Shown here: piece after piece, positions 37,196 to 47,110 of the stretch
Layout of the letters: each line of letters opens with the position of its first letter
Position numbering within the stretch: position 1 is the first letter of the stretch
DNA from: a virus
Taxonomy: Duplodnaviria > Caudoviricetes
DNA: 64,000 nucleotides
Strand: one strand, 5' to 3'
Virus record (IMG/VR): IMGVR_UViG_3300029288_004596
Coordinates: 96,001-160,000 of that record
Translations under genes and position numbers: made by a program
Notes under the pieces: model-generated
What the model was told of the DNA's origin: nothing
Database searches by the model: none
The model's input: only the letters and a program-made list of their open reading frames with translations

Positions 37196-37422
37196 TAGGC
37201 ATTGAGTGGGAGAGAGTAGAGGGGGCTTATATAGCCTCTTACCATAGATACTCAGCTAAGATCGTTCTCTGGGATAATACTGCTGGGGTAAACAAGTATA
37301 GGTGTCAGGTTATGACAGATGATAAGGAGATAGACTCCTTTATTAGAGACTCCTTGGAGTCGGCTCAAGGAACCTGCAAGACTTGGATAGTACAGTCTGT
37401 ACTGAGGGATTTGTCATGCTAG
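37192..37422 (+). CDS. Hypothetical protein
   Basis: ATGA-coupled. Confidence 0.55.
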   Translation: MIGIEWERVEGAYIASYHRYSAKIVLWDNTAGVNKYRCQVMTDDKEIDSFIRDSLESAQGTCKTWIVQSVLRDLSC

Positions 37423-37431
37423 GAGATAACT

Positions 37432-37854
37432 ATGAGGAGAGAACTTAGGACTACCAGGCAACTAGAAGAAGAGATGGAAGACATCAGGGATAAGATTATT
37501 GAGAGAAATGAACAGAATGAGGAATTGGTAGAGTCTCTCAGCGAGCGCATTCATCCTCTGGGGTACAATATCAGGGCTCCTTACTTTGACTTTATCAGCA
37601 TATCCCATGGAGTTCATGGGGCGGATGACTTCAAAAGATTTGAGGACCCCAATGAGTTCTTAGATAAAGAGGGCGCGCTAGATAAAGACAAGCTCCTTAA
37701 GACTGTCCTTCCACTTATAAAGGAGGACTGTCTTAAGATTATCAGAGATTCAGAGGACCGAATCAGTAGGGACTCCACTCGTCTTCTGGAAGTGATGCGA
37801 GAGTGCAATGAAGCTGTCGTCAAATGCGATGAGCTTCTAGAAAATATGAGGTAA
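37432..37854 (+). CDS. Hypothetical coiled-coil protein
   Basis: AGGAG RBS. Confidence 0.65.
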   Translation: MRRELRTTRQLEEEMEDIRDKIIERNEQNEELVESLSERIHPLGYNIRAPYFDFISISHGVHGADDFKRFEDPNEFLDKEGALDKDKLLKTVLPLIKEDCLKIIRDSEDRISRDSTRLLEVMRECNEAVVKCDELLENMR

Positions 37855-37860
37855 GCTAAT

Positions 37861-38424
37861 ATGGAACTTGAACTTTTAGCTCAGGCATCTGAGGATATCA
37901 CTAGAATCATTGAGCCCTTCCTGGATGAGACGATGCACCTGGTGGGAAGGGGATTTACTGTCACCAAGGATTTGAGGAAGCACCTCAATGAACTGGAGAA
38001 AAGGCTTAATGAACTTAACATCAGAGGTCCTAGGGGCCATGTTATTTTCTGGGTGAGACCCATCCAGGATGTCACCGCTGGAGGTTACATAGCTTCCAAT
38101 AACAGGATAACCTTAGACCCTGGGCATCTGTATGCTCAGAGAGCTACTGGTTGCTTCCCCAATACATTCATGATGATAGCCCATGAGTTGACTCATGCTA
38201 TGGATGAGGAGCTGGATGACCCCGCTCCCTTCGCTTACTGGGATAGGGAGGCAGAAGTGCGGGCTTACGCTACGGCGGCAGCCTGTTTAGTCCTCAGGCA
38301 CAACTGGGATTCCACTTACCTGGCTCCCCTTATGAGTGGAAGCATTCCCAAAGAGGTCTTGCCCAGAATGGTAAAGACAGCTTTCAGGATTCTTCCAGAG
38401 GAGTATAGGCATAAAGAGATATGA
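37861..38424 (+). CDS. HExxH zincin-like metallopeptidase
   Basis: AHELTHA and EVRAY. Confidence 0.65.
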   Translation: MELELLAQASEDITRIIEPFLDETMHLVGRGFTVTKDLRKHLNELEKRLNELNIRGPRGHVIFWVRPIQDVTAGGYIASNNRITLDPGHLYAQRATGCFPNTFMMIAHELTHAMDEELDDPAPFAYWDREAEVRAYATAAACLVLRHNWDSTYLAPLMSGSIPKEVLPRMVKTAFRILPEEYRHKEI

Positions 38425-38969
38425 CAAACGCTGAAGCTAGGGATCATATCCAGGGGTTTATAGACTATGAAGGAGTTTCCATACTCTTAGAGGCTGGTGG
38501 ACTCTCTATCAGGTTTCCTAGTAACGTTGAGATACTGGCTGGTCCAGCAGCTCCAGAAGATGATGGGGATACTACTATTCTCAGGTTCCTGCATGATATA
38601 ATTGCGACTATTTCTGAGACTAGCAGATATATTCCACAAGAGGACTTCAGGGTGTTGGTATTCTATCTTAATAAGATAGTCTATAGGGTAGCTAAGCCTA
38701 CCGTAGATTCTATAGTTCTGCCCTGCGCTTTCACTCTGAATCTTGAGGAACCCCTTGGGTCTCTGAATATCCTGTTCAAGGATAACTCTATCAAGATATT
38801 TAATGCTCCTGAATTGGCCAGGATCCTGCTCAGTCCTGGTAGTCTTGGGGAAGTGGTCAGGGAGAAGGTAACTAGCCATATAGAAGAAGGCATCACCTAT
38901 TATCAGAGGACGCTGGATGATCTCTTGGTGGCTAGAGCCCAATTTTTGAGAATTAACCAAGGAGAATAA
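38421..38969 (+). CDS. Hypothetical protein
   Basis: ATGA-coupled. Confidence 0.65.
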   Translation: MTNAEARDHIQGFIDYEGVSILLEAGGLSIRFPSNVEILAGPAAPEDDGDTTILRFLHDIIATISETSRYIPQEDFRVLVFYLNKIVYRVAKPTVDSIVLPCAFTLNLEEPLGSLNILFKDNSIKIFNAPELARILLSPGSLGEVVREKVTSHIEEGITYYQRTLDDLLVARAQFLRINQGE

Positions 38970-38972
38970 GCC

Positions 38973-39485
38973 ATGGATATTGCTAAGAAACTGGCCGAGA
39001 TAGTGGCCCCCTACAACTTTAAGCTTGAACTGAGAACTGAAGGAATCTACTTAGTCTTTCCTGACGAGACTGTCTCTGACAAGCTTAAAGGGTCAGCTAT
39101 AGAAGAAGTGGTTGACGGTGCCCTAGATATTGTTTCTGAATACTATACTAGTAGAATGAAAGGTTCACATAAGATTGTCACGGAAATAGCTCACACTAGA
39201 GACGAACTTATAGGCTGCAGGGCTGGTGATGTATACAGGGAACTCAAAAGCATCATACCAGTAGAGTGTGGCATTATAACCCAAGCCTCTTCAGGCGTCA
39301 TTAAGATATATTGTCATGGAGTCTTTACTGACATTAGCGTTCAGAGATACTACCTCCAGCATGGCAAGGATAGGTATATCTCAGCTATCAAAGAAGATGT
39401 GGCCTTTCTTATAGAAGACGGACTTCGTAAGCATGAGGTGGCGGTTGAGAAATCCAAGGAGGTCTTGGAGTTATTGAGGTCATGA
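38973..39485 (+). CDS. Hypothetical protein
   Basis: AAGGAG RBS. Confidence 0.65.
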   Translation: MDIAKKLAEIVAPYNFKLELRTEGIYLVFPDETVSDKLKGSAIEEVVDGALDIVSEYYTSRMKGSHKIVTEIAHTRDELIGCRAGDVYRELKSIIPVECGIITQASSGVIKIYCHGVFTDISVQRYYLQHGKDRYISAIKEDVAFLIEDGLRKHEVAVEKSKEVLELLRS

Positions 39486-39835
39486 GGATAGAGGACTCCC
39501 CAGCATATGATCTCTTTGACCATACTATCTTAGTCGCTGTATATGAAGGGGCGGATATTATCTGGGATAATTCTGGGGTGACACTCTTTGAAATCCTTGC
39601 TTACTTCCCAGATAAAGGGTTTAGTTTCAGGTCCTTCGCCTGTCAGTCCTTGGACTCAGTGGAACTTTATGCCAAGATTACAGACCGCATGTCCTTCGTC
39701 CCTACCAAGGATGAGATGTTGTTCCACTTGATATGGTGCCTTGATAGGCCAAGTATAACTATAGTGTCCAACTCCCTTATAAACTGGTGTGCCAGAAGGG
39801 AGGCTATACTTCCTGAGGAGAACTACGAAGAATGA
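39482..39835 (+). CDS. YEE-family paralogue 1
   Basis: ends ENYEE. Confidence 0.8.
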   Translation: MRIEDSPAYDLFDHTILVAVYEGADIIWDNSGVTLFEILAYFPDKGFSFRSFACQSLDSVELYAKITDRMSFVPTKDEMLFHLIWCLDRPSITIVSNSLINWCARREAILPEENYEE

Positions 39836-40179
39836 GAGTAGAAGGATCCCCTGTGTACAGATACTTTCCTGAGTTGGCTCTTAAGGTATATAAGGATGTA
39901 GATATCGTTTGGGACGCTTCCACCTTGGGGATCTGGAATGTCCTAGCTTACTTCCCTGATAGGGGCTATGGCTTCAGGTGCAACTCTGTTGACCAGGACG
40001 CCAAGATAAATTTCATAACAGGTTACATGGATTTTATCAGAGACCCTGATGATGTCATTGAGTATATGATGGAGCATGTTTCTGAAGAACACTTCGAGGA
40101 TTTTGAGAAGACCTTTTCACAGTGGCTTGAAAATAAGGCCGTAAGGGATATGTTGGCGGAAGGAGACTACGAGGAATGA
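39832..40179 (+). CDS. YEE-family paralogue 2
   Basis: ends GDYEE. Confidence 0.8.
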   Translation: MRVEGSPVYRYFPELALKVYKDVDIVWDASTLGIWNVLAYFPDRGYGFRCNSVDQDAKINFITGYMDFIRDPDDVIEYMMEHVSEEHFEDFEKTFSQWLENKAVRDMLAEGDYEE

Positions 40180-40526
40180 ATGTAGAGGATTCCATTATAT
40201 ATGAGATTCTCCCCAAGCTTGCCGTTGACGTATACTTGGAAGCTGATATTATTTGGGACATCTCAGATAGGAAAGTCCTGGAAGTCTTCGCTTACTTCCC
40301 CGACAAGGGTTTTGGTTTCCGGTGCTGTCTTATAGGGGACATTATATCTAAGTCTTATGTCACAAATAACATGAAGTTTGTAAAGACCCCCGCTGACGCT
40401 ATTCAGTACATGAGGAGGTCCCTTACTCCTGTGAGTTTTGCCTCCTTCCAGAAGGCCTTCGTCAAATGGATTGACAAAACTAACTATGTCGAGGGCATGA
40501 TAATAGGAGGAGACTGGGAAGAATGA
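40176..40526 (+). CDS. YEE-family paralogue 3
   Basis: ends GDWEE. Confidence 0.8.
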   Translation: MNVEDSIIYEILPKLAVDVYLEADIIWDISDRKVLEVFAYFPDKGFGFRCCLIGDIISKSYVTNNMKFVKTPADAIQYMRRSLTPVSFASFQKAFVKWIDKTNYVEGMIIGGDWEE

Positions 40527-40867
40527 AAATAGAAGACTCTCCAATATATGGACATGCCAGCCATGAGTCCCTGAATAGGGTCTATGGGTCAGCCGATATC
40601 ATATGGGATATCTCCACTAAGGGTTACCTTAAGATCCTGGCTTACTTTCCAGTTAGCCAGCTCTTTGGTTTCAGGTATTGTAAGATAAGCAGCAACCTTA
40701 CCGCATCTTATATCTTGAACTACATGCATTGGGAGAAGACCCCAGACTCCATGGTCAAGTATGTGAGGGGACTGGCATTCCCAGGAGATGTTGCTGGTTT
40801 TATAACCGCCTTTGCCAAGTGGATGGCTGATAATGCCTATGGAGTTGAGGAGAACTGGGAAGAATGA
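40523..40867 (+). CDS. YEE-family paralogue 4
   Basis: ends ENWEE. Confidence 0.8.
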   Translation: MKIEDSPIYGHASHESLNRVYGSADIIWDISTKGYLKILAYFPVSQLFGFRYCKISSNLTASYILNYMHWEKTPDSMVKYVRGLAFPGDVAGFITAFAKWMADNAYGVEENWEE

Positions 40868-41214
40868 ACATCAAAGATTGCGCTATAGCCAAGCTGGGAA
40901 CAGTGGGTTCTACCATAGCAGAGATATATGGCACAGAGAATGTGATCTGGGACTTTTCCCATGTGTCTTATCCTAGCTCTGTAGAGGTTGACATCATGTT
41001 CTTTATGGGTGGGCGTTATGTCCATAAAAGAGTGTGCATAGCCTGTCCAGCCTATGTCATTGATATCCTGGAGGATATGACTCTCCATGATATAGTCCTT
41101 GATAGTAAGGAAGCTTTATTAAAGTATGCTTTTAATCTGGACTCTAGCCTGGGGTTTAAGCATTATACCTCAGTGGTTGAGTCTTTGTGTCTCCAAGGGA
41201 ACTATGAGGAATGA
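40864..41214 (+). CDS. YEE-family paralogue 5
   Basis: ends GNYEE. Confidence 0.8.
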   Translation: MNIKDCAIAKLGTVGSTIAEIYGTENVIWDFSHVSYPSSVEVDIMFFMGGRYVHKRVCIACPAYVIDILEDMTLHDIVLDSKEALLKYAFNLDSSLGFKHYTSVVESLCLQGNYEE

Positions 41215-41567
41215 ATATTAAAGATTGTCCAGTGTATCAGCGATGGTCCAAGCCCACCTTATCCAAGGTGTATGAGGGCGCTGATATTATATGGGATGGC
41301 TCCAATGAAGAGCTCTTAATACTCTTAGCTTATTTTCCTGATAAGGGCTTTGGTTACAGAGCCTGTTCTTATAGCGTTTTGACTGAGAGATCTCTCCTGA
41401 AGAACATGCAGTATGAGGAGAACATCAACGACATGATTGAATACCTCTCAGAACGAGTTTCTACTGAGGAGATGGATACGCTGTCTGAACGTCTTGCCAT
41501 GTGGCTCATTAAACATAACTACACTATCATAGATGGAAAACTTGAAACTGGAAACTGGGAGGAATAA
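41211..41567 (+). CDS. YEE-family paralogue 6
   Basis: ends GNWEE. Confidence 0.8.
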   Translation: MNIKDCPVYQRWSKPTLSKVYEGADIIWDGSNEELLILLAYFPDKGFGYRACSYSVLTERSLLKNMQYEENINDMIEYLSERVSTEEMDTLSERLAMWLIKHNYTIIDGKLETGNWEE

Positions 41568-41569
41568 TT

Positions 41570-42568
41570 ATGGAAAGAGTTCTGGCTTCTATTAGGGAAG
41601 TGAGTGACATTGTCCCTATAGAAGGAGCAGATTTTATAGAAGAAGCTATCGTGGGCGGATGGCATGTCATAGTAAAGAAGGGCGAGTTCACCCCTGGGTC
41701 TCAGGGTGTGTTCTTTGAAATAGACAGCGTGTTGGACCCGGAGCTTCCTTGGGTAAAGGAACATGCTTCTTTCATGGAAGCCAGGTCTTGGAGAATTAGG
41801 ACCATGAAGATGAGAGGCGTCCTATCTCAGGGTCTTTTACTTCCTATGGATATACTTCCTGAGGTTCCAGAAAGTACAGACTGTACTGAATTGTTGGGGG
41901 TCAAGAAGTATGAGATTCCTGAGACTGTAGGCGACTTGACCAGCAGATCTGCTGGTCCATTCCCATCTTACATAGTATCTAAGACAGATGAGATAAGAGT
42001 TCAGTCTGTCATGGAAGTCCTAGATGAGCTATGGGGTAAACCTTATTATATCACTGAGAAAGCTGACGGTTCCAGCGCCACTTACCTGATGATAGATGGC
42101 AAGTTCACCGCCTGCTCCAGGAACCTTATGCTTAGAGAAGAGAGCGACTTCTACAGGGTGGGAGTGGAACAGAATATAAAGGGATTTCTGGAAGAGAATC
42201 CCCACCTGGTAGTTCAGGGAGAGTTTATAGGACCAGGAGTGCAGGGTAATAAGTACAAACTTAAGGCCCACAGCCTCAAGGTGTTTAATATCTTTGACAC
42301 TGGTCCAAGGGAGTACCTCCACTACAACTCTATAGTGGACTTCTCCCAGCATTATGGTTTTGATATTGTCAGACTCATGGCTTCAGGAAAATCCTTTGGT
42401 TTTTCTCTGGAAGAACTTTTAGTCATGGCCAAAGGCAAGTACCCTGGCACTAACAATGACATGGAGGGCATAGTGGTCAGGTCCTTGGAGAATATCTATA
42501 GCCCTACCCTTAGGGGTAGGCTTAGCTTTAAGGTCCTTAACAACAATGCCCTGCTTAAGGAGAAGTGA
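41570..42568 (+). CDS. ATP-dependent RNA ligase (DRB0094/Rnl2-like) with N-terminal OB-type domain
   Basis: PIEGAD, RGVLSQGL, motif I TEKADG, QGEF, VFNI, MEGIV, SFKV. Confidence 0.88.
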   Translation: MERVLASIREVSDIVPIEGADFIEEAIVGGWHVIVKKGEFTPGSQGVFFEIDSVLDPELPWVKEHASFMEARSWRIRTMKMRGVLSQGLLLPMDILPEVPESTDCTELLGVKKYEIPETVGDLTSRSAGPFPSYIVSKTDEIRVQSVMEVLDELWGKPYYITEKADGSSATYLMIDGKFTACSRNLMLREESDFYRVGVEQNIKGFLEENPHLVVQGEFIGPGVQGNKYKLKAHSLKVFNIFDTGPREYLHYNSIVDFSQHYGFDIVRLMASGKSFGFSLEELLVMAKGKYPGTNNDMEGIVVRSLENIYSPTLRGRLSFKVLNNNALLKEK

Positions 42569-42569
42569 G

Positions 42570-42986
42570 ATGATTAACTTGGAATCCTTCACTCTTAGAT
42601 TAAATAAACAGTTTTGTTCTGTGTGTTATGGCAACCTGTGGTCTGCGACCCTTAAGGCGGTAGACAACTCTTGTATAGAGGTCACTCTCAGATCTGAGGG
42701 GAAGACTTTTACCGAGAATGTGGCGCTGAGTTCCTGCCTTAACCCTGAAGATAACTCTGTAGACTTCCCTAAGCTTCTCAGGGAAGTGTTCAAGAGTCTT
42801 TATTTATCCATTGACCTCAGGTTAGGGGAGTTTGTGGAGCTGATATGTTCCACTCCTATAGTTAAGGCTAAGGTTGGGGATGAACCTGACGAGGCGGTTG
42901 TCGCTGTCAAGAATAGGTATGATCTTAAGTGCCTTAGAGAAGGCTTGAAGACTTTGTATGAGGATGTCAAGAAGGAGTATTCATAA
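42570..42986 (+). CDS. Hypothetical protein
   Basis: AAGGAG RBS before ATG 42570. Confidence 0.6.
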   Translation: MINLESFTLRLNKQFCSVCYGNLWSATLKAVDNSCIEVTLRSEGKTFTENVALSSCLNPEDNSVDFPKLLREVFKSLYLSIDLRLGEFVELICSTPIVKAKVGDEPDEAVVAVKNRYDLKCLREGLKTLYEDVKKEYS

Positions 42987-43163
42987 TGAGAACTTATTTG
43001 GAAACTGGCAAGAATCATGCTATCCTTGTAGAGTCTGATGCTCCTAAAGAGTCTATGACTAAGGAGAAGATAATAGAGTCCTTGGAAAAAGAGGGGATAG
43101 GTATTGTTGTAGGGTCGGATCCTAAGCAGAATAAGAGGACAGTTGTTAGACCAAGGAGGTAAT

Positions 43164-43703
43164 ATGGAAAGGATTATAGTAAGCAGAAACCCTGAGATTA
43201 TAAAGTTTATTCGTTCTAAGATAGGTTATCAAGTTCCTGTGCTGCCTCTGGCTACCACCAAGGAACTAGAAGGCAAGATAGTCTATGGCAATGTGCCTAT
43301 GCACTTGGCCAAGAAGGCTGCCAAGGTGGTGGTTATAGAGTGCGGCAATGGCAGGATAGTGAGTTCAGACTGGACCTGCGAGGACATGATAGCCGCAGAG
43401 GCTGACTTTAAAGAGTATGTAGTGTGCAACGCTCCTGGGGAGGTGGATGGGTTCATGGATGTGGATGTAGACTGTGACTGTTTTGGGCACAAACTAAGTC
43501 TATCCTATGACAACACCCCTCCTTACCAGACCCTTAGCATCTCTGTTTTTTCCAGAGGATACAGGTGTGGCTTGTCTTTCTGGGAGAAGATAGTTGGCAC
43601 ATGGAGACTGCTTAGAGGAGAGTGGGTCAGGCAGTGGGATGTTGTCCTGTCTGTGGAGGAAATCAAAAGGCTCAAGGAGTACTTTGATTCTATAGAGGCA
43701 TGA
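43164..43703 (+). CDS. Csx16-like domain fused to a C-terminal domain of unknown function
   Basis: IIVSRNP..IKFI, VYGNVPMHLA, DWTCEDM..A.F.EYVV resembles the Csx16/Cas_VVA1548 pattern; AAGGAGGT RBS. Confidence 0.6.
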   Translation: MERIIVSRNPEIIKFIRSKIGYQVPVLPLATTKELEGKIVYGNVPMHLAKKAAKVVVIECGNGRIVSSDWTCEDMIAAEADFKEYVVCNAPGEVDGFMDVDVDCDCFGHKLSLSYDNTPPYQTLSISVFSRGYRCGLSFWEKIVGTWRLLRGEWVRQWDVVLSVEEIKRLKEYFDSIEA

Positions 43704-44080
43704 AAATAGAAGAGACTTCTACATTTGCTAGAGGAGACTATAGAGTGAGGGGAGAGTTGATAGATGTGTATGATGACGCAGACATCTTATGCGATGGCGC
43801 CTCCACAGAGGTCGTCACTATTATATCCTATCATCCTAGGGAGAATGTCCTGAGATATGCTGGGGTTATTCTCCCTATAGATCCTATGAGGACGGCTGAA
43901 ACTATAAGGACTTACTGGGACACATACCCGCTGGAATCTTCCGTGGATTTCTCTGTGTCTTCCCACTTCTGTTCCTTTCTGCGAAGGGAAGCTGGCCAAG
44001 TCCTGAAAGATTGGATGATATCTAGGGGATATGTAGAAGAGTCTAGACATTCTTGGATTCTAGGAGACTTTGAGGAATGA
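43700..44080 (+). CDS. YEE-family paralogue 7
   Basis: ends GDFEE. Confidence 0.8.
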   Translation: MKIEETSTFARGDYRVRGELIDVYDDADILCDGASTEVVTIISYHPRENVLRYAGVILPIDPMRTAETIRTYWDTYPLESSVDFSVSSHFCSFLRREAGQVLKDWMISRGYVEESRHSWILGDFEE

Positions 44081-44457
44081 AGATAGAAGAGACCCACACA
44101 TATATCAGAGGAGACACCTATGTCAAGGCAGCCCTGGTTGAATTCTACGCTGACGCTGATATTTTATGTGATGGTCCATATTCTGACACTATCACTATTC
44201 TTTCGTACCATTCTCAGGATAATGCCTTGAGGTATGCGGCATTCTTTATCCCTGGCATTACTAGCCGCGTCTCTGAGGCTTTGAAGAGTTATTGTTCAGT
44301 GGTTCCCTTGGAGTTGTCCATGGACTTTAATGATATTCCTCACTTGTGTTCTTTTCTGGCGGGAGCTCCTGGCGAGGTCCTGAAGGAGTGGATGACGGTT
44401 AGAGGATACTCTAAGAAAGAGAATGGATCTTGGGTTCTGGAGGATCTGGAAGAATGA
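44077..44457 (+). CDS. YEE-family paralogue 8
   Basis: ends EDLEE. Confidence 0.8.
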   Translation: MKIEETHTYIRGDTYVKAALVEFYADADILCDGPYSDTITILSYHSQDNALRYAAFFIPGITSRVSEALKSYCSVVPLELSMDFNDIPHLCSFLAGAPGEVLKEWMTVRGYSKKENGSWVLEDLEE

Positions 44458-44840
44458 AGATAGAGAACTCTATAACATTTGCTGATGCTCCTGACCCTGT
44501 AAGGGTGGCTCTTTTACAGCTGTATGAGGACGCTGATATTCTATGTGAGACGGTCGCTTCCTGTTGTCTTTATCTTCTCTCTTATCATCCTCAGGAGGAT
44601 GTCTTAAGATTTGTAGCTGTCAAGGTAGAGGGTTATCATCAGCATCAGACTCGCGCTCTTGTCGAGAGATACTGGCATACTTATACTCTGGATCCTGTTA
44701 TGGATTTCACCAAGGCTGTTTATCTGAACTCATTCCTCAGGAATGAGAGACACAGAGGCGTCTTAGGAAACTGGCTGGAATCTAGGGGATACTATTCTTG
44801 CGGGGAACTTGCTTGGTCCCTAGGAGAGATAGAAGAATGA
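44454..44840 (+). CDS. YEE-family paralogue 9
   Basis: ends GEIEE. Confidence 0.8.
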   Translation: MKIENSITFADAPDPVRVALLQLYEDADILCETVASCCLYLLSYHPQEDVLRFVAVKVEGYHQHQTRALVERYWHTYTLDPVMDFTKAVYLNSFLRNERHRGVLGNWLESRGYYSCGELAWSLGEIEE

Positions 44841-45220
44841 AAATAGAGGACACGAGAACCTTTGCTGAGGCGGAGGAATCCACCAAGGTGTCCCTTTTAG
44901 AAGCGTACTCTGATGCGGATATCCTTTTCGATATTCCTCAACCCTCATCCCTTCTTGTGTTGTCCTATCATCCTCAAGAGAATGTTCTCAGATATACCGG
45001 AATCATTCTTACAGACAAGGCTAAGCGCTGCGTCCATGAGGCTATCAGGGAATACTGGGATACCTTTCCCTTGGATTTCACAGTCGACTTCTCAAGTCCC
45101 CATTGGTTTCTTGCATTCTTGAGAGAGGGAGGAGACGCCCCTTTGAGCTCCTTTATGTTCTCAAAGGGTTATACTCTTCAGACAGGACACATCTGGCAGC
45201 TGGGGGACCTGGAAGAATGA
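44837..45220 (+). CDS. YEE-family paralogue 10
   Basis: ends GDLEE. Confidence 0.8.
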   Translation: MKIEDTRTFAEAEESTKVSLLEAYSDADILFDIPQPSSLLVLSYHPQENVLRYTGIILTDKAKRCVHEAIREYWDTFPLDFTVDFSSPHWFLAFLREGGDAPLSSFMFSKGYTLQTGHIWQLGDLEE

Positions 45221-45594
45221 AGATAGAAGATTCTGACGCCTATGCTATGGTGAGGACAGCAGTGCAGACGGCCCTGTCAAGATTGTATGCTGGCGCAGAT
45301 GTCCTTTCTTTCGTGGCGTCTGCCAACTGCGTTTACATTTTATCCTATCATCCCTTAGAGAACGTCTTAAGGAATGTGGCGGTGTGGATTCCCAGCGATT
45401 ATAGGTCTAGTATACATGAGCTTATAGAGACTTTCTGGGATACCTTTTCTCTGGGAGTTACTGTGGATTTCTCTGGAGATCATCGCTTTCATCTTAGCAA
45501 CTCTAGTCAGCTGGTTCTGGATAGTTGGATGATGTCCCGGGGGTATAGCAGGGAAACCAATGATGTTTGGGTGTTAAGGGACTTAGAAGAATGA
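45217..45594 (+). CDS. YEE-family paralogue 11
   Basis: ends RDLEE. Confidence 0.8.
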   Translation: MKIEDSDAYAMVRTAVQTALSRLYAGADVLSFVASANCVYILSYHPLENVLRNVAVWIPSDYRSSIHELIETFWDTFSLGVTVDFSGDHRFHLSNSSQLVLDSWMMSRGYSRETNDVWVLRDLEE

Positions 45595-45977
45595 ACATAA
45601 TAAACTGCAATTCTATGTTAACCTCTGTCCCTCTTGTTATTAGAGAGGTCATACACAACATATATTCTGACGCCAGTATCATATGGGATCACTCCTTTGT
45701 GTTAAAGGATTCCTCCGGAACAGATAAGTTTGCTTTGGATATCTTTGCTTATCTACCTGACGGCAGGTTTGTTTACAGATACACTGAGCTGGATCCCACT
45801 ATGTCCAGAGGAGAACTTAGCTATGATATAGTTAACCACTGGACCGCTAGGAAAAACGAAGATGATGCTGTTGGATACGTCAAGGGTCTTGAGCATAATG
45901 GTTGGTTTCCTCAGAAGGTGATGTCCATGGCAGCATGGCTTGAAAATAAACATTTGGAAGGAAATTATGAAGAGTAA
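45591..45977 (+). CDS. YEE-family paralogue 12
   Basis: ends GNYEE. Confidence 0.8.
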   Translation: MNIINCNSMLTSVPLVIREVIHNIYSDASIIWDHSFVLKDSSGTDKFALDIFAYLPDGRFVYRYTELDPTMSRGELSYDIVNHWTARKNEDDAVGYVKGLEHNGWFPQKVMSMAAWLENKHLEGNYEE

Positions 45978-46353
45978 TATACAGGATTCTCCAATCGCCA
46001 GAATAGGTAGTTATGGACTTTCTATATCTACTATATACAGGGACATGGAAGTAGTGTGGGACTTCTCCAATGAGGAGTATGTAGATCTCATGATCTATGA
46101 TCCCAAGGATAAGGTGTTCAAGTACAGGTGTACTGAGATAGAAGAGGACTGGTCTCCCCATGATATAGAGCAGGACCTCAAGGCTCACAGCGATGTGTTG
46201 ACCTCTATACCAGAGGTAGTCAATTACTGCGGATATCGTAGGGGGCAGGAACATGTTCAGGCCCTAAAGACTTGGTTAAAGGACAATGACTATACCTTTG
46301 ATGGATTGAGATGGAAGAAGAGCTTTGACCCTTCGGAGAACTATGAGGAATGA
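45967..46353 (+). CDS. YEE-family paralogue 13
   Basis: starts MKSNIQDS, ends ENYEE. Confidence 0.8.
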   Translation: MKSNIQDSPIARIGSYGLSISTIYRDMEVVWDFSNEEYVDLMIYDPKDKVFKYRCTEIEEDWSPHDIEQDLKAHSDVLTSIPEVVNYCGYRRGQEHVQALKTWLKDNDYTFDGLRWKKSFDPSENYEE

Positions 46354-46748
46354 CAAAGGCTGAGTGGGCAGAGTACTATAGCTCAGGCAACCTTGTATAC
46401 CCCGAACTTGTGGAACCGTTGTCTGAGGCTTTGGATGGGTATGACCTGATATATGAGAACTCATGTGTCCAGATGGAGTTTCCTGAGTGGACTAAGATAG
46501 AGGTCCTGGCTTATAACCCAATGCTTTCTAGGTTTATTCTCATATATCAGAGCGCTGGAGTCCAGATGGATATGGAAGATCCCGTAGCTCTAGTAGCTAA
46601 CGCTTCCACTTATTATTTTTCTCTGGAAGAAATCCTATCTGAGACGGACTATGAAGATACCTCTATTGCGGCTCTCCTCTTATGGGTAGGCAAGTCAGAT
46701 ATCAGATTTCTAGGGGATACCTATATTAAAGGTGGGTATGAAGAATGA
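46350..46748 (+). CDS. YEE-family paralogue 14 (divergent)
   Basis: ends GGYEE. Confidence 0.75.
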   Translation: MTKAEWAEYYSSGNLVYPELVEPLSEALDGYDLIYENSCVQMEFPEWTKIEVLAYNPMLSRFILIYQSAGVQMDMEDPVALVANASTYYFSLEEILSETDYEDTSIAALLLWVGKSDIRFLGDTYIKGGYEE

Positions 46749-47110
46749 AAGTAGAGGAGTCTCTGGTCTCTAAGCTTGGGACTACAGGGAAGAAGGTAGT
46801 CCAATTCTTTAGTGGTTTGGAGGTAGTCTTTGACTACTCAGCTAAAGATGAAGAAGGTGTCATGCTAGACTTTATATTGTACTCTCCTGTGACCAGAAAG
46901 TTTTCCTCCTTCTATGGAATGATAGGACATGATAAAGATGTCATTGTGGCTCTTGAGTATGATACTCAAGTTGTAGATGGACATAGACTGGCTGCCTGGT
47001 CCAGGGGCATGTCTCCCAGATATATTGACTCTGTAGATTCCTGGTTCCAGGCTAATGGTTACTCCATGGATGGAACAGAACTTCCTCTAGAGGGGGATTA
47101 TGAAGAGTGA
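46745..47110 (+). CDS. YEE-family paralogue 15
   Basis: ends GDYEE. Confidence 0.8.
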   Translation: MKVEESLVSKLGTTGKKVVQFFSGLEVVFDYSAKDEEGVMLDFILYSPVTRKFSSFYGMIGHDKDVIVALEYDTQVVDGHRLAAWSRGMSPRYIDSVDSWFQANGYSMDGTELPLEGDYEE

